DNA of 64,000 bases from Candidatus Uhrbacteria bacterium GW2011_GWE2_46_68. GTDB taxonomy: Bacteria; Patescibacteriota; Patescibacteriia; UBA9934; GWF2-40-263. The notes beneath the pieces were generated by a model. That model was given only the letters and a program-made list of their open reading frames with translations. It did no database searches and was not told the DNA's origin. The stretch lies in contig LCMS01000004.1 of NCBI GenBank assembly GCA_001002765.1, positions 68,775 to 132,774 of the forward strand, given 5' to 3'. Positions 38,977 to 48,035 of the stretch are shown one piece after another; within the stretch, counting starts at the first letter, position 1; every line of letters starts with the position of its first letter. The position numbers and the translations under genes are program-made.

Positions 38977-39693
38977 ATGTCTGTACCTCTCATTCAATTT
39001 CAAAATGTCACAAAGGAATTTGTGAATGGGGAAGTGGTGACGCCCGCAATTCGTGGCGTCACTTTTTCCATAGACAAAGGAGAATTTATTTCTATCATGG
39101 GACCTTCGGGATCGGGAAAGTCGACCCTTATGCATATCATGGGTTTTTTGGATGTGCTTTCAAGCGGTATGTATTTGTTTGGAGGAAAAGATGTGAGTCG
39201 CTTGAGCGAGGACGAGCTTGCACTTATGCGCCGCAAGGAAGTGGGATTTATTTTTCAGACATTTAATTTGCTCGCAAAATCCACGGTGATTGATAATGTT
39301 ATTTTGCCCATGGTGTATGTCGGTGTTTCCAAAACAGAACGAATGCGAAAAGCAAAAGCCGCACTTGAAGAGGTTGGACTTGGACATCGTCTCTCTCATT
39401 TTTCCAATCAACTTTCAGGGGGAGAACGACAACGCGTAGCGATCGCCCGCGCGTTTATTAATAAACCGTCGGTTGTATTTGCTGACGAGCCTACGGGAAA
39501 TTTGGATACAAAATCTGGGACGTTGATTTTGCAGAAGCTTCAAGAAATGAACGAGCAAGGTCACACTATTGTGATGGTGACGCATGAGGAGGAAGCGGCA
39601 CATTATAGTCGGCGTATTTTGCGCGTACGTGACGGAGAAATTTTAAGTGATATCCAAAACGGTCAGCCGCGCCACGGGGAATATCACAAATAA
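38977..39693 (+). CDS. ABC transporter ATP-binding protein (MacB/LolD-like)
   Basis: Walker [11 protein letters not shown], signature [14 protein letters not shown], Walker [13 protein letters not shown]. Confidence 0.85.
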   Translation: MSVPLIQFQNVTKEFVNGEVVTPAIRGVTFSIDKGEFISIMGPSGSGKSTLMHIMGFLDVLSSGMYLFGGKDVSRLSEDELALMRRKEVGFIFQTFNLLAKSTVIDNVILPMVYVGVSKTERMRKAKAALEEVGLGHRLSHFSNQLSGGERQRVAIARAFINKPSVVFADEPTGNLDTKSGTLILQKLQEMNEQGHTIVMVTHEEEAAHYSRRILRVRDGEILSDIQNGQPRHGEYHK

Positions 39694-39694
39694 T

Positions 39695-40927
39695 ATGAAA
39701 GCTCGCGATCTTCTCAAAACCAGTTCGGAATCGTTGTTGCGCAACAAATCGCGCACGTTATTGACGATTTTGGGAATCGTGATTGGGATCGCTTCGGTGA
39801 TTTTGATGTTGGCGATCGGACAAGGAGCCCAGGGAATTATTTTGAGTCAGGTCGCGGATTTGGGATCTGATCTCGTATTTGTGGAACCAAGTTCCGGAGA
39901 TCCGACATCAGGTCCACCCAATCCGTATATCGAACAAACCATCACTTTGGATGATGTGGGGGCGATTGAGAAGACAGATTATTTTTCTGTGGTGAGTCCT
40001 ATTTTGATGACCACCTATGCCGTCACTTGGGGAGATGAGAGCCAATTTGTGCAAGTGGAAGGATCCAATGAAGGGTATCCTTATATTTTTCCTGCGGATT
40101 TTTTGTATGGACGTTATTACACCGAGGCCGAGGTGGATTCTTATGCACGCGTGGCAGTCCTGGGAAATGAAATTGCGGAAGATTTATTTGGGGATCAATA
40201 CCCCATTGATCAAACGATCAAGATCAATAAAATGTCTTTTCGCGTCGTGGGAGTGTTGGATGAACAGGGGACGCGTTTTTTTCAAAATATCGACAAGTTT
40301 ATTTCCGTTCCCATTACCGTGTTGCAAAGGGATCTTATGGGAGTGGATCATGTCACCTATATTGTGATGCGTGCCAAAGGAGATGTGGATGAGGCAAAAG
40401 AGGAGGTACGCTTTGCTTTGCGTGCCACACATCACATTGATAATCCCGAGCAGGTGCAGGAAAAAGATGATTTTTTTGTTTCCTCTCAAGATGATGCTGT
40501 AGAAATCATCGGGGTTGTGGGAGGGGTGCTCACCATTTTACTTTCTTCAATCGCGGCGATTTCTTTGGTTGTTGGAGGTATTGGGATCATGAATATCATG
40601 CTTGTGTCTGTGACCGAGCGCACGCGCGAGATCGGACTGCGTAAAGCCATTGGCGCTACGCGACGAGAGATTTTAATTCAATTTTTGATGGAGGCCGTGA
40701 TGATCACCATGCTTGGGGGATTATTGGGGGTTTTGATTGGGGTGGTGATGTCTTTACTGACAGCAGTGGTGATGTCTCATTTTGTAGAAGGGTGGGATAC
40801 CGTGATCCCGATCGATGCGATTGTATGGGGAATCGTGGTTTCCACCACGGTTGGGTTGGTTTTCGGTATCTATCCCGCTCGTCGCGCGGCAAAATTGAAT
40901 CCGATTGATGCATTGCGGTACGAATAA
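39695..40927 (+). CDS. ABC transporter permease (FtsX/MacB-type)
   Basis: N-terminal TM, large periplasmic domain, C-terminal FtsX-like 3-TM region (GIMNIMLVSVTERTREIGLRKAIGA). Start ATG 39695 after TAA. Confidence 0.8.
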   Translation: MKARDLLKTSSESLLRNKSRTLLTILGIVIGIASVILMLAIGQGAQGIILSQVADLGSDLVFVEPSSGDPTSGPPNPYIEQTITLDDVGAIEKTDYFSVVSPILMTTYAVTWGDESQFVQVEGSNEGYPYIFPADFLYGRYYTEAEVDSYARVAVLGNEIAEDLFGDQYPIDQTIKINKMSFRVVGVLDEQGTRFFQNIDKFISVPITVLQRDLMGVDHVTYIVMRAKGDVDEAKEEVRFALRATHHIDNPEQVQEKDDFFVSSQDDAVEIIGVVGGVLTILLSSIAAISLVVGGIGIMNIMLVSVTERTREIGLRKAIGATRREILIQFLMEAVMITMLGGLLGVLIGVVMSLLTAVVMSHFVEGWDTVIPIDAIVWGIVVSTTVGLVFGIYPARRAAKLNPIDALRYE

Positions 40928-41070
40928 TTTTGTTGAGATTTTTCCTCACTTTTTGGAAGTTCATCAGGAGAATGACAGGGAGAAAATAACAGCTGAATGA
41001 TGACGAATTCGGATCAAGGAAACACAACAACCAATCATACGTTTTAGTCGTAGAAGGAAAAAATAAAAAA

Positions 41071-41101
41071 CACCCCATCTTTTGATCGGGGTATTTTTTT
41101 T
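41071..41101. terminator. bidirectional rho-independent terminator
   Basis: AAAAAACACCCCATC-ttttgatc-GGGGTATTTTTTTT. Confidence 0.6.
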
Positions 41102-41442
41102 GCTCCGTCGGCGAGACGAATGATCTGGCTCTCGTGATAGTTGGGAGGTCCCTTCTATGTGACCCGCATGAGCCTATACGGTCATCTAGTCGAAACCGGA
41201 TCGCCGTATCGGCCTTGTGCATTCTTCGCTTACGCAAAGAGGTTACCGCGGGGCTTTTACGCGCTCACCTCGGTGAACGCGGTTCTAAGCCCAAATCGTT
41301 CGTTAGCCCAAATTCGAATCGCCGTGGAGCATCTTTATCATAGCATGGGAAAGAGGGATGAGAAAAGGAAAGAGGGGGAGGAAAAAATCACCGATGGTTT
41401 TGGGACGATCTTTACTATTTATAATAACTTCAAAAAAGCAAA

Positions 41443-41847
41443 TCATCTACTTTCTAAAGCAGAAATATAGTAATGATCAGATGTTTCCAAGGCTTGAAGA
41501 AGTCTCCAAGACAGATCTTTTTTACCGTCTTCGTGTAGCGTCTCAGCGGTTTTTAAAATAGAATTTCTATACTTTTCTCGAGCTTCTTTGTCGGCCATCA
41601 CTTGCATGTATGCTTCCAAAATTTGAAAATCAACTAATCTTTCTTTTCCGAGTACAGAAACGGTTTCTACACCTGATCCGGCAATACGTAAATCAGTATC
41701 CAGTTGTTCTGCAAGCAAAGCAATTTTTTCAGGATCCGGATGAGCACTAAAATCGACCCTTACCTTTGGTAGATTTTCGCATCCAATAGTCAAAGCGGCC
41801 ACCGTCGTTGCTATTGCCATCTCTGGACCAAATCTTTTTGCGTACAT
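41443..41847 (-). CDS. hypothetical protein
   Basis: 134-aa ORF, no motif recognised. Confidence 0.35.
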   Translation of the reverse strand: MYAKRFGPEMAIATTVAALTIGCENLPKVRVDFSAHPDPEKIALLAEQLDTDLRIAGSGVETVSVLGKERLVDFQILEAYMQVMADKEAREKYRNSILKTAETLHEDGKKDLSWRLLQALETSDHYYISALESR

Positions 41848-41947
41848 ATTTTTGAGATTAAAATTTTTCCAAATCCATCTTACCCCCCCCTGTAAAATTA
41901 CAATTTTTTATGTGGGTAACTCGGTGATCTTTGTGTGAGTAAAGGGA

Positions 41948-42733
41948 TTAGGCGATTTTTCTTTTTGTGAATTTTTTTTGATTTTGAGGAAGGAGACTTG
42001 CCAGACACTCTCGCAGCATATCCGCTCCTTTTTGAAAGCGAATCCCCGCATTGAGCAGTTGTTCTTGTTCAATTTTGGAAAACTGTTCCCAAAGTTTTTT
42101 TTGCGTATCAGTTGATTGAAACCAAGCGCGATAGGCTTCGCTGTCTACGACATAATGGGTAGCACCTAAAGCGTCATTGAATTGTTGTGTTTCCGTATCT
42201 TTTGCCAGATACACGCGCAAGCGATTTTCAAAAGAAATCGTTTCACTTTCTTTGAGTTTTCCTTCGGTTTTCTGTGCAATTTCATCAATTGTTCGACCGA
42301 TTTCCACAATTTCACCAATGAGATTAACCGCTCTTTGCAAGGTTGCGGCATCCACGAACGTTTCCCATTGACGTTCCAAATTCACAAGCGCCTCGATGGT
42401 TTGTCCTGCGCTTAGGTGTCCGCTCAATATGCCGTCACGCATGACATTGATTTTTGTTTCCAAAAATTTCCGTTTTTCTCCCGCAGATCCTGGGGAATTT
42501 TTTAAGGATCCATATCTTTCCAAATAGGTTTCATATGCGCTATGGCGAGGATCAGATTGAGAAGACCCAAACCATTCTTTCTTTGTGACGCTAGCAGGAG
42601 ACGTCCCTTCCGCTTTGTCAAAAGGTTGTGAACGATCCACGCGATCGGGCAGTCTTGTTTGCACATCAGGAGCGGCTTGCTTTGGAGTTTTTCCAAACCC
42701 AAGGGTTGCGCTGAATTTTTCAAAAAATCCCAT
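41948..42733 (-). CDS. hypothetical protein
   Basis: 261-aa ORF, no motif recognised. Confidence 0.4.
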   Translation of the reverse strand: MGFFEKFSATLGFGKTPKQAAPDVQTRLPDRVDRSQPFDKAEGTSPASVTKKEWFGSSQSDPRHSAYETYLERYGSLKNSPGSAGEKRKFLETKINVMRDGILSGHLSAGQTIEALVNLERQWETFVDAATLQRAVNLIGEIVEIGRTIDEIAQKTEGKLKESETISFENRLRVYLAKDTETQQFNDALGATHYVVDSEAYRAWFQSTDTQKKLWEQFSKIEQEQLLNAGIRFQKGADMLRECLASLLPQNQKKFTKRKIA

Positions 42734-42840
42734 ACATGATTTGTGAAGGCTTCTTCTTTGATAAGAAGAGCGTGTTTAGTATTTTGTCCTTTATTATACC
42801 CACCTTGCGATTCGTTTGCACGCACGTGACAGGTGAGGAG

Positions 42841-44103
42841 TTAAGAAAAATATTTCCTATTTTTGAGAGACGGGGGAAGATACTCTTGTTTGGCATCGTT
42901 TGTATTTTCAAAGTCCGGCGTGTATTTATAGCCTTTGCTATAGCCAAGATTTTTCATGAGGTTAGTGGGAGCGTTTCGCAGATGAAGAGGAACAGGCTCG
43001 GTTGGCGTTTCTTGAATGTCTTTTTGTACAGCCATGTAGGCAGTATAGAGAGCATTGGATTTTGGCGCTTTTGCAAGATAGAGAACGCTTTGAGCCAGAC
43101 AGACATTACATTCAGGCATGCCAAGGAAATGGGCGGCTTGATAAGAAGCGATGGTTTGAACAAGCGCTTGGGGATCGGCAAGACCTATATCTTCGCTGGC
43201 AAAGCGTACAAGACGACGGGCGATATAGAGCGGATCTTCTCCAGCTTCGAGCATGCGTCCCAACCAATAAAGCGCAGCATTGGCATCCGATCCGCGCATG
43301 GATTTATGAAGAGCAGAAATAATATTGTAATGTTCCTCGCCCGCACGATCGTAGACGAGGTGCGTGCGCTGGAGCGCTTGTTTGATGGTTTCTTCATCAA
43401 CACACACCTGCCCATTAGCGCTCGCTTCGGATGATTGGACCGCAAGTTCCAGTGCATTGAGTGCTGTGCGCACATCGCCATTGGCCGCTTGAGCAAGAAA
43501 TGTGATCAGCTCATCGCTGATGGAAACCGACAGATTTCCCAAACCTTTTTTTTCATTTTTGAGCGCGTGCTTCAAGATGGTTTCAATATGATCAGAAGTA
43601 AGAGCCATCAGAACAAAAACGCGACAACGAGAAAGAAGAGCTGCATTGATTTCAAACGAAGGATTTTCCGTGGTGGCACCAATTAAAATAATGGTGCCGT
43701 TTTCGACCGAGGAAAGAAACGCATCTTGCTGACGTTTATCAAATCGATGAATCTCATCGACAAAAAGAATGGTGCGTTTTTGATAAAATTTTTGTTGTTC
43801 CTCCGCTTCCTTAATAATCTCGCGCACTTCTTTGACACCGTTGTGCACCGCGGAGAAATGGACAAAATGCGCATGGGTTTTTTGAGCAATGAGATGAGCC
43901 AGTGTTGTTTTGCCTGTCCCGGGTGGCCCCCATAAAATCATCGAAGGCACTTCGTCTTTTTCAATGGCTTTTCGTAAAACCGTTCCAGGACCGATAATCT
44001 GATCTTGGCCTAGGTAATCCCCAAAATCCTTAGGCCTCACCCGATCCGCCAGAGGAGAAGATCGAAAGCGATGTTCTTCTTGTTTGTGAGAAAAGAGGTC
44101 CAT
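42841..44103 (-). CDS. rarA: replication-associated recombination protein A (AAA+ ATPase)
   Basis: GPPGTGKTTLA Walker A, DEIHRF Walker B, MgsA C-terminal domain. Start set at MDLFSHKQ to avoid overlap with the upstream gene. Confidence 0.85.
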   Translation of the reverse strand: MDLFSHKQEEHRFRSSPLADRVRPKDFGDYLGQDQIIGPGTVLRKAIEKDEVPSMILWGPPGTGKTTLAHLIAQKTHAHFVHFSAVHNGVKEVREIIKEAEEQQKFYQKRTILFVDEIHRFDKRQQDAFLSSVENGTIILIGATTENPSFEINAALLSRCRVFVLMALTSDHIETILKHALKNEKKGLGNLSVSISDELITFLAQAANGDVRTALNALELAVQSSEASANGQVCVDEETIKQALQRTHLVYDRAGEEHYNIISALHKSMRGSDANAALYWLGRMLEAGEDPLYIARRLVRFASEDIGLADPQALVQTIASYQAAHFLGMPECNVCLAQSVLYLAKAPKSNALYTAYMAVQKDIQETPTEPVPLHLRNAPTNLMKNLGYSKGYKYTPDFENTNDAKQEYLPPSLKNRKYFS

Positions 44104-44108
44104 AATGG

Positions 44109-45014
44109 TTAGGTCGGAAGAAAGAGACGATGATGTTTTAGAGCGATCAATCCCTCCTTTTGCAGACGCACTATCATGGCTTTGATCCAAGCTTGATCCA
44201 GAGACAGATCAAAATGGGGATCAATCATGGGGCCGATTGTTTTGAGAAATGTCTCCGGATGTTCGCGAACAAATTTTAGAATTTTCCCGCGGTAGATACG
44301 ATCAGGATAAGGTTTATTTCTATGTCGAGATTCTTTTGCTTTTTTGATCATGATTTTTGGGATGCGGACGTGACCGGAGAGAAATCGAGGAGCCGATTTA
44401 CAGATGGCCTTCAGCGGGCAGGATGCACAGGCCGGAACTTTTGTGCAGGTGGATGTTGCCAGATCAAAGAGGGCTTGAGGTACATCATAAAATGCTCCGC
44501 GTTTTGGCAAGACAAAATCGGCAGATTGAACAATTTTTTTATCCATCTTTAAAGTTGGGTAGGGAATTCCAAATAAGACTCGTCCAAGAACGCGTCGAAT
44601 ATTGGTATCAATAGGGAGCGTTCGTTGATGTAGAGCAAAAGCACAGATGGCCGCGGCCGTGTAAGGACCAACCCCTTTGATTTTTTCCCAAGCTTCAGGA
44701 GTAGAAGGAACACCGTGCGCTATGATGTGTTTTGCAATATCTCGCAAGACTAAAGATCGACGATTATAGCCAAGTCCTGACCAGACCATGATCACCTGCC
44801 CATTGGTGGCTTCGGCGAGAGATTCCCAGGTTGGAAATTGTGTAAGCCAGCGTTTGTAAAAAATCATGACGCGCGAGACTTGGGTTTGTTGAAGCATGAT
44901 TTCGCTTACCAAAATTCGGTAAGGATCACGAGTTTGGCGCCAAGGCAAATCACGTCCGTGTTGACGGTACCATCGTAAAAGCGTGCTACTCAATCGTGGG
45001 GACATAAATGACAC
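44109..45014 (-). CDS. A/G-specific adenine glycosylase / endonuclease III family (HhH-GPD, 4Fe-4S)
   Basis: HhH-GPD region (IKGVGPYTAAAICAFA) and Cys cluster CTKVPACASCPLKAIC. Confidence 0.7.
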   Translation of the reverse strand: MSFMSPRLSSTLLRWYRQHGRDLPWRQTRDPYRILVSEIMLQQTQVSRVMIFYKRWLTQFPTWESLAEATNGQVIMVWSGLGYNRRSLVLRDIAKHIIAHGVPSTPEAWEKIKGVGPYTAAAICAFALHQRTLPIDTNIRRVLGRVLFGIPYPTLKMDKKIVQSADFVLPKRGAFYDVPQALFDLATSTCTKVPACASCPLKAICKSAPRFLSGHVRIPKIMIKKAKESRHRNKPYPDRIYRGKILKFVREHPETFLKTIGPMIDPHFDLSLDQAWIKAMIVRLQKEGLIALKHHRLFLPT

Positions 45015-45597
45015 CAGCGTCTACGAGTGCTTTATAGTGCTCTGGCGAATGGCGATACAGATACTCCAAAAGTTTTCCGCGAATATAATCAATCGAAAAT
45101 CCTTTACCTACGGCGTAGTCCACGAGTTTTTTTGCGGCTTCTTCTTTTTGATTTTCTTCGGTCATAATCTCTATTTCCGCCACTAAATAAGGATGACCAT
45201 CTCCAAGGTCACAGGAATCAAGATCAATGGAATAAGGTTCATCCTGATAGCGTTTTCGTGTGGTCGTGATGGTGCTAAAGGGGGCGTATCCGGCTTGCGC
45301 GAGAATCTCGTTTGTGAGCGTGCAGGGAGGAAGGTGAAGAACCTCACAAGTCTCTTCGTCCGTCTCGATTTCACGATATTGGGTGAGAGCCATTTTGTTT
45401 CCCAGAACATGGAGAGGAGTTTTGATTTCAAATCGACCGTTACGATTGCGCAGCCATATGTCTTTGCAAGTGAGAACAAAATCCAAAGTGTCGTAGTAGG
45501 TATCGGTTTGAATTTTTTCCCCAAGAAACGTGGCGCTTGCGATGATTTTTGCTTCTTGCTCTGGAGTAAAGTGAAACTTTTTCTCGATCTCGATCAT
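44986..45597 (-). CDS. CYTH domain protein (triphosphate tunnel metalloenzyme)
   Basis: MIEIEKKF start carries the CYTH ExExK motif. The longer track ORF up to 45783 would run through the tRNA exon and is rejected. Confidence 0.6.
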   Translation of the reverse strand: MIEIEKKFHFTPEQEAKIIASATFLGEKIQTDTYYDTLDFVLTCKDIWLRNRNGRFEIKTPLHVLGNKMALTQYREIETDEETCEVLHLPPCTLTNEILAQAGYAPFSTITTTRKRYQDEPYSIDLDSCDLGDGHPYLVAEIEIMTEENQKEEAAKKLVDYAVGKGFSIDYIRGKLLEYLYRHSPEHYKALVDAGVIYVPTIE

Positions 45598-45739
45598 AGG
45601 GGATATTGTTAAGGACGGGTTGATTGTAACATGACCATTGGTGCCTTGCACGGCATAGATTTCTTTGTTATGCTTTTGCCACGTTCTTTGGAAAAAAGAA
45701 TTATTCCGGGGTAGCTCAGTGGTTAGAGCGGCTGGCTGT

Positions 45740-46318
45740 GGCACACGCTTATAGGTATTATAGAATTCTATGGAATCCAACAAGCGATCCTATGCCCGAC
45801 GCGCGGAATATCTCAAAAAAGCAGTTGTACGCAGAAGGCGTGAAGTTCGAGAGAAGGCGATTGCTCACTTAGGTGGTCAATGTCAGATATGTGGTTATAA
45901 ACGTTGTGAGCAGGCTCTCGATTTTCATCACCGCAACCATAAGGAAAAAACATTCGGCATTTCCCAAAAAGGATATACAAGATCTTGGGAAAGAGTAAAA
46001 GAAGAACTAAAAGGTTGTGTCTTTCTTTGTGCAAATTGTCATCGAGAAATTCACGCAGGGTATACGCAGCTTCTGACAGAGATGTCAGAATGATCATAGG
46101 GTGAACTTCTGGAAGCCTACATCCGAAAGGATATGGTAATCAGAAGCCAAGCCCCACGAAGTTTAAGACAAGTGGGGAAGGTTCAGAGACTATCCGTTAT
46201 GACCCTCAAAAGAGAGGGGAGGAGTACCTCGCCAAAAGGCGGGGGAAGCGCCCTACATCCTCGCAATATGCAGGATGATGATATAGTCCACCCCTTTGGG
46301 AAACCAAAGGATGATGTG
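45740..46318 (+). ncRNA. group I self-splicing intron in tRNA-Asn anticodon loop (between nt 36 and 37)
   Basis: Catalytic-core element R (GTTCAGAGACTATCC, 46181-46195) and element S (GATATAGTCC, 46280-46289) form P7. 5' splice after U, terminal omega-G at 46318. Contains an HNH ORF. Confidence 0.7.
45770..46093 (+). CDS. HNH homing endonuclease (intron-encoded)
   Basis: CQICGYKRCEQALDFHHRNHKEK...CVFLCANCHREIHAG carries the HNH/zinc-finger motif. Located inside the intron 5' region. Confidence 0.75.
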   Translation: MESNKRSYARRAEYLKKAVVRRRREVREKAIAHLGGQCQICGYKRCEQALDFHHRNHKEKTFGISQKGYTRSWERVKEELKGCVFLCANCHREIHAGYTQLLTEMSE

Positions 46319-46382
46319 TAACCAGTAGGTCGTGGGTTCAAGTCCCACCCCCGGAGCCACAAAGATCCCTAGCAATTTGCTA

Positions 46383-46465
46383 GGGATTTTTGTTATCCGT
46401 GATAGAATGATCGTGAAGTTTCCGTGTGTACAAACAGAAAAGTCCGATGTCCGGACTTGACCCTG
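46383..46465 (+). repeat. 83-bp direct repeat copy A (T-tract + extended -10 promoter TGATAGAAT + 5'UTR with REP-like core)
   Basis: Identical over ~74 nt to 47925-48008. Preceded by hairpin CCCTAGCAA-tt-TGCTAGGG at 46367-46385. Contains GTCCGGACTTGACCC, related to REP rc CGACCTGACCC. Confidence 0.8.
46400..46408 (+). promoter_or_regulatory. extended -10 promoter box TGATAGAAT (within repeat A)
   Basis: TGnTAnAAT extended -10. The same 21-nt box T(T/G)TCCGTGATAGAATGA(T/C)CGT also occurs at 47942 and 49483. Confidence 0.5.
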
Positions 46466-46504
46466 TTTTCCATTGCCTCAAACGAGAACCATAACAATTC
46501 CACT

Positions 46505-47200
46505 ATGCAAAATCGTCCACATACAACACTTTTCATGCTCATGTCGATAGATGGCAAAATTACAAGCGGAGATTCGGACAGTCTTGACTCAGATCGTGAT
46601 TGGAAGCGTATTTGTGGCGTGAAGGAAGGGCTTTATCAATATTATGATCTAGAGAAACAAACCGATTTTTGTTTTCTACAAAGCGGTCGCGTTTTCGAAA
46701 AAATTGGCATGAATAATCGAGGACCATCAGTTGAAAAGATCCCTGTGACCGGGGTAGTCATAGACAACAAGCCGCATCTCAATGCAAAAGGCCTGCGCCA
46801 TCTTTCAACCTGGTTAGACCGAGTGATTATCGCCACAACAAATCCAAACCATTCCGCACATACTTTTGGAGGAAACGTACAGGTCATTCAATACAACAAC
46901 ACGATTGATTTCTCCGCTTTACTGACAGAGTTAAAAGAGAATTTTGACGTTGACCGAGTCACCATCCAAACCGGCGGTACATTGAATGGTCTTTTATTGC
47001 GTCAGGGACTCATTGACGAATTATCAATCATCGTAGCCCCACTTGCTGTTGGAGGAAAGGGAGTATCAACACTTATCGACGGTGAGGCAATCCATTCCGT
47101 TAATGATTTGAACAAGTTAAAGGCACTCGAACTTACATCCTGTGACGTATTGAAACATTCATTCCTTCATCTTCGTTATACAGTTTTAAACTATTCGTGA
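46505..47200 (+). CDS. dihydrofolate reductase-like / RibD C-terminal domain family protein
   Basis: MQNRPHTTLFMLMSIDGKITSG... with C-terminal GGTLNGLLLRQGLIDELSIIVAPLAVGG, typical of the RibD_C/DHFR-like fold. Start at internal ATG 46505, downstream of the repeat. Confidence 0.55.
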   Translation: MQNRPHTTLFMLMSIDGKITSGDSDSLDSDRDWKRICGVKEGLYQYYDLEKQTDFCFLQSGRVFEKIGMNNRGPSVEKIPVTGVVIDNKPHLNAKGLRHLSTWLDRVIIATTNPNHSAHTFGGNVQVIQYNNTIDFSALLTELKENFDVDRVTIQTGGTLNGLLLRQGLIDELSIIVAPLAVGGKGVSTLIDGEAIHSVNDLNKLKALELTSCDVLKHSFLHLRYTVLNYS

Positions 47201-47838
47201 TGAGGGTTGAAACTGTATACTGTTCAGGTATGAAGAAAGAAATAAAATTTCCGACAAAACAAGAAGTTGATGTCCACATAAATCAGAACAGGACGGAACT
47301 TTTTTCTGACCCAGACTTTCGGGAATATGAGGAAGTGGATATTATTTTTCTCGAACCAACACAACTTATTGCTTTGAGAGATTACCCTCCTCTGCACAGT
47401 CCCGAAGCTTTTACGGTGTATCGCAAGAAATTTGTAGCAGGTGAGAGAGTTGAACCCATTGTTGTTATTCCATCTCGAATTGTTATTGAATATTTAAAGA
47501 AGAATGAAGTTCGTGCTCATACGTACAGACAAGAACTTGAGCTGTTTCTTAATACACACCCACGAGCCACATACTTTATGCTCGGTGGCAAACATCGTTC
47601 GGCTGCAGCAACGATATTAGGTGTAAGAATTCCTTGCCTTGTGATCAGCAACGATGCTGATGTCGCTAAAATTAACGCTCTTATGGCGGAAGGTAAACTG
47701 ACAGGCATGCCGAGTGTTGGAGAAAATTTTAAAAGGACACTTTCCGAATTAGATGATCATTATTTTGAACACAAAGTTTTTTGGACCATGGATGAAAAAA
47801 CAAAAGCAATGATAGATCACGGGGACATTTCTCTTTAA
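47197..47838 (+). CDS. ParB/Srx-like nuclease domain protein
   Basis: LGGKHRSAAATILGVRIPCLVI resembles the ParB N-terminal domain core (GG.HR). ATGA overlap with the upstream gene. Confidence 0.45.
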   Translation: MMRVETVYCSGMKKEIKFPTKQEVDVHINQNRTELFSDPDFREYEEVDIIFLEPTQLIALRDYPPLHSPEAFTVYRKKFVAGERVEPIVVIPSRIVIEYLKKNEVRAHTYRQELELFLNTHPRATYFMLGGKHRSAAATILGVRIPCLVISNDADVAKINALMAEGKLTGMPSVGENFKRTLSELDDHYFEHKVFWTMDEKTKAMIDHGDISL

Positions 47839-47924
47839 AGTCAAATGAAAAAAATTTAGCGCTCGAATGGCTGTTTTTGAATGACTCATAACAGGGAATC
47901 GGCAAAATTCTTCAGCGAAGGCTG

Positions 47925-48008
47925 GGGATTTTTGTTATCCGTGATAGAATGATCGTGAAGTTTCCGTGTGTACAAACAGAAAAGTCCGATGTCCGGACCT
48001 GACCCTGT
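47925..48008 (+). repeat. 83-bp direct repeat copy B (T-tract + extended -10 promoter + 5'UTR)
   Basis: Identical to 46383-46465 except 1-2 nt. Preceded by hairpin CAGC-gaag-GCTG. Promoter box TGATAGAAT at 47942-47950. Confidence 0.8.
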
Positions 48009-48035
48009 CCTCCACCGTTTTCCTTTGGTCTCATT

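Larger units (their letters stand above)
45705..46359 (+). tRNA. tRNA-Asn (GUU) interrupted by a group I intron (exon 1 45705-45739, exon 2 46319-46359 incl. CCA)
   Basis: Exons join to TCCGGGG-TA-GCTC-AGTGGTTA-GAGC-G-GCTGG-CUGUUAA-CCAGT-AGGTC-GTGGG-TTCAAGT-CCCAC-CCCCGGA-G-CCA. The anticodon loop CUGUUAA is identical to E. coli tRNA-Asn, and discriminator G73 fits Asn. Exon 1 ends in U and the intron ends in G. Confidence 0.75.

Noticed and set aside
41100-41440. tmRNA (ssrA) or RNase P RNA assignment for the GC-rich intergenic segment
   Set aside because: Only partial motif resemblance. No GGGG...CCA tRNA-like acceptor pairing, no plausible ...AA-stop tag ORF, and no P4 GGAAAGUCCGG motif on either strand. 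Left as an unclassified candidate.
44986-45783. Long form of the CYTH ORF (265 aa)
   Set aside because: The first 62 codons run antisense through tRNA-Asn exon 1 and the intron start. The CYTH ExExK motif begins at the internal Met (45597).
45705-46359. Reading the split tRNA as tRNA-His(GUG), from CTGTGGC at the exon 1 end
   Set aside because: That would need an intron ending in U, not G, and a C73 discriminator. The U|...G| junction gives the loop CUGUUAA, identical to tRNA-Asn, and G73 fits Asn. The Thr(UGU) alternative was also considered and disfavoured by G73.
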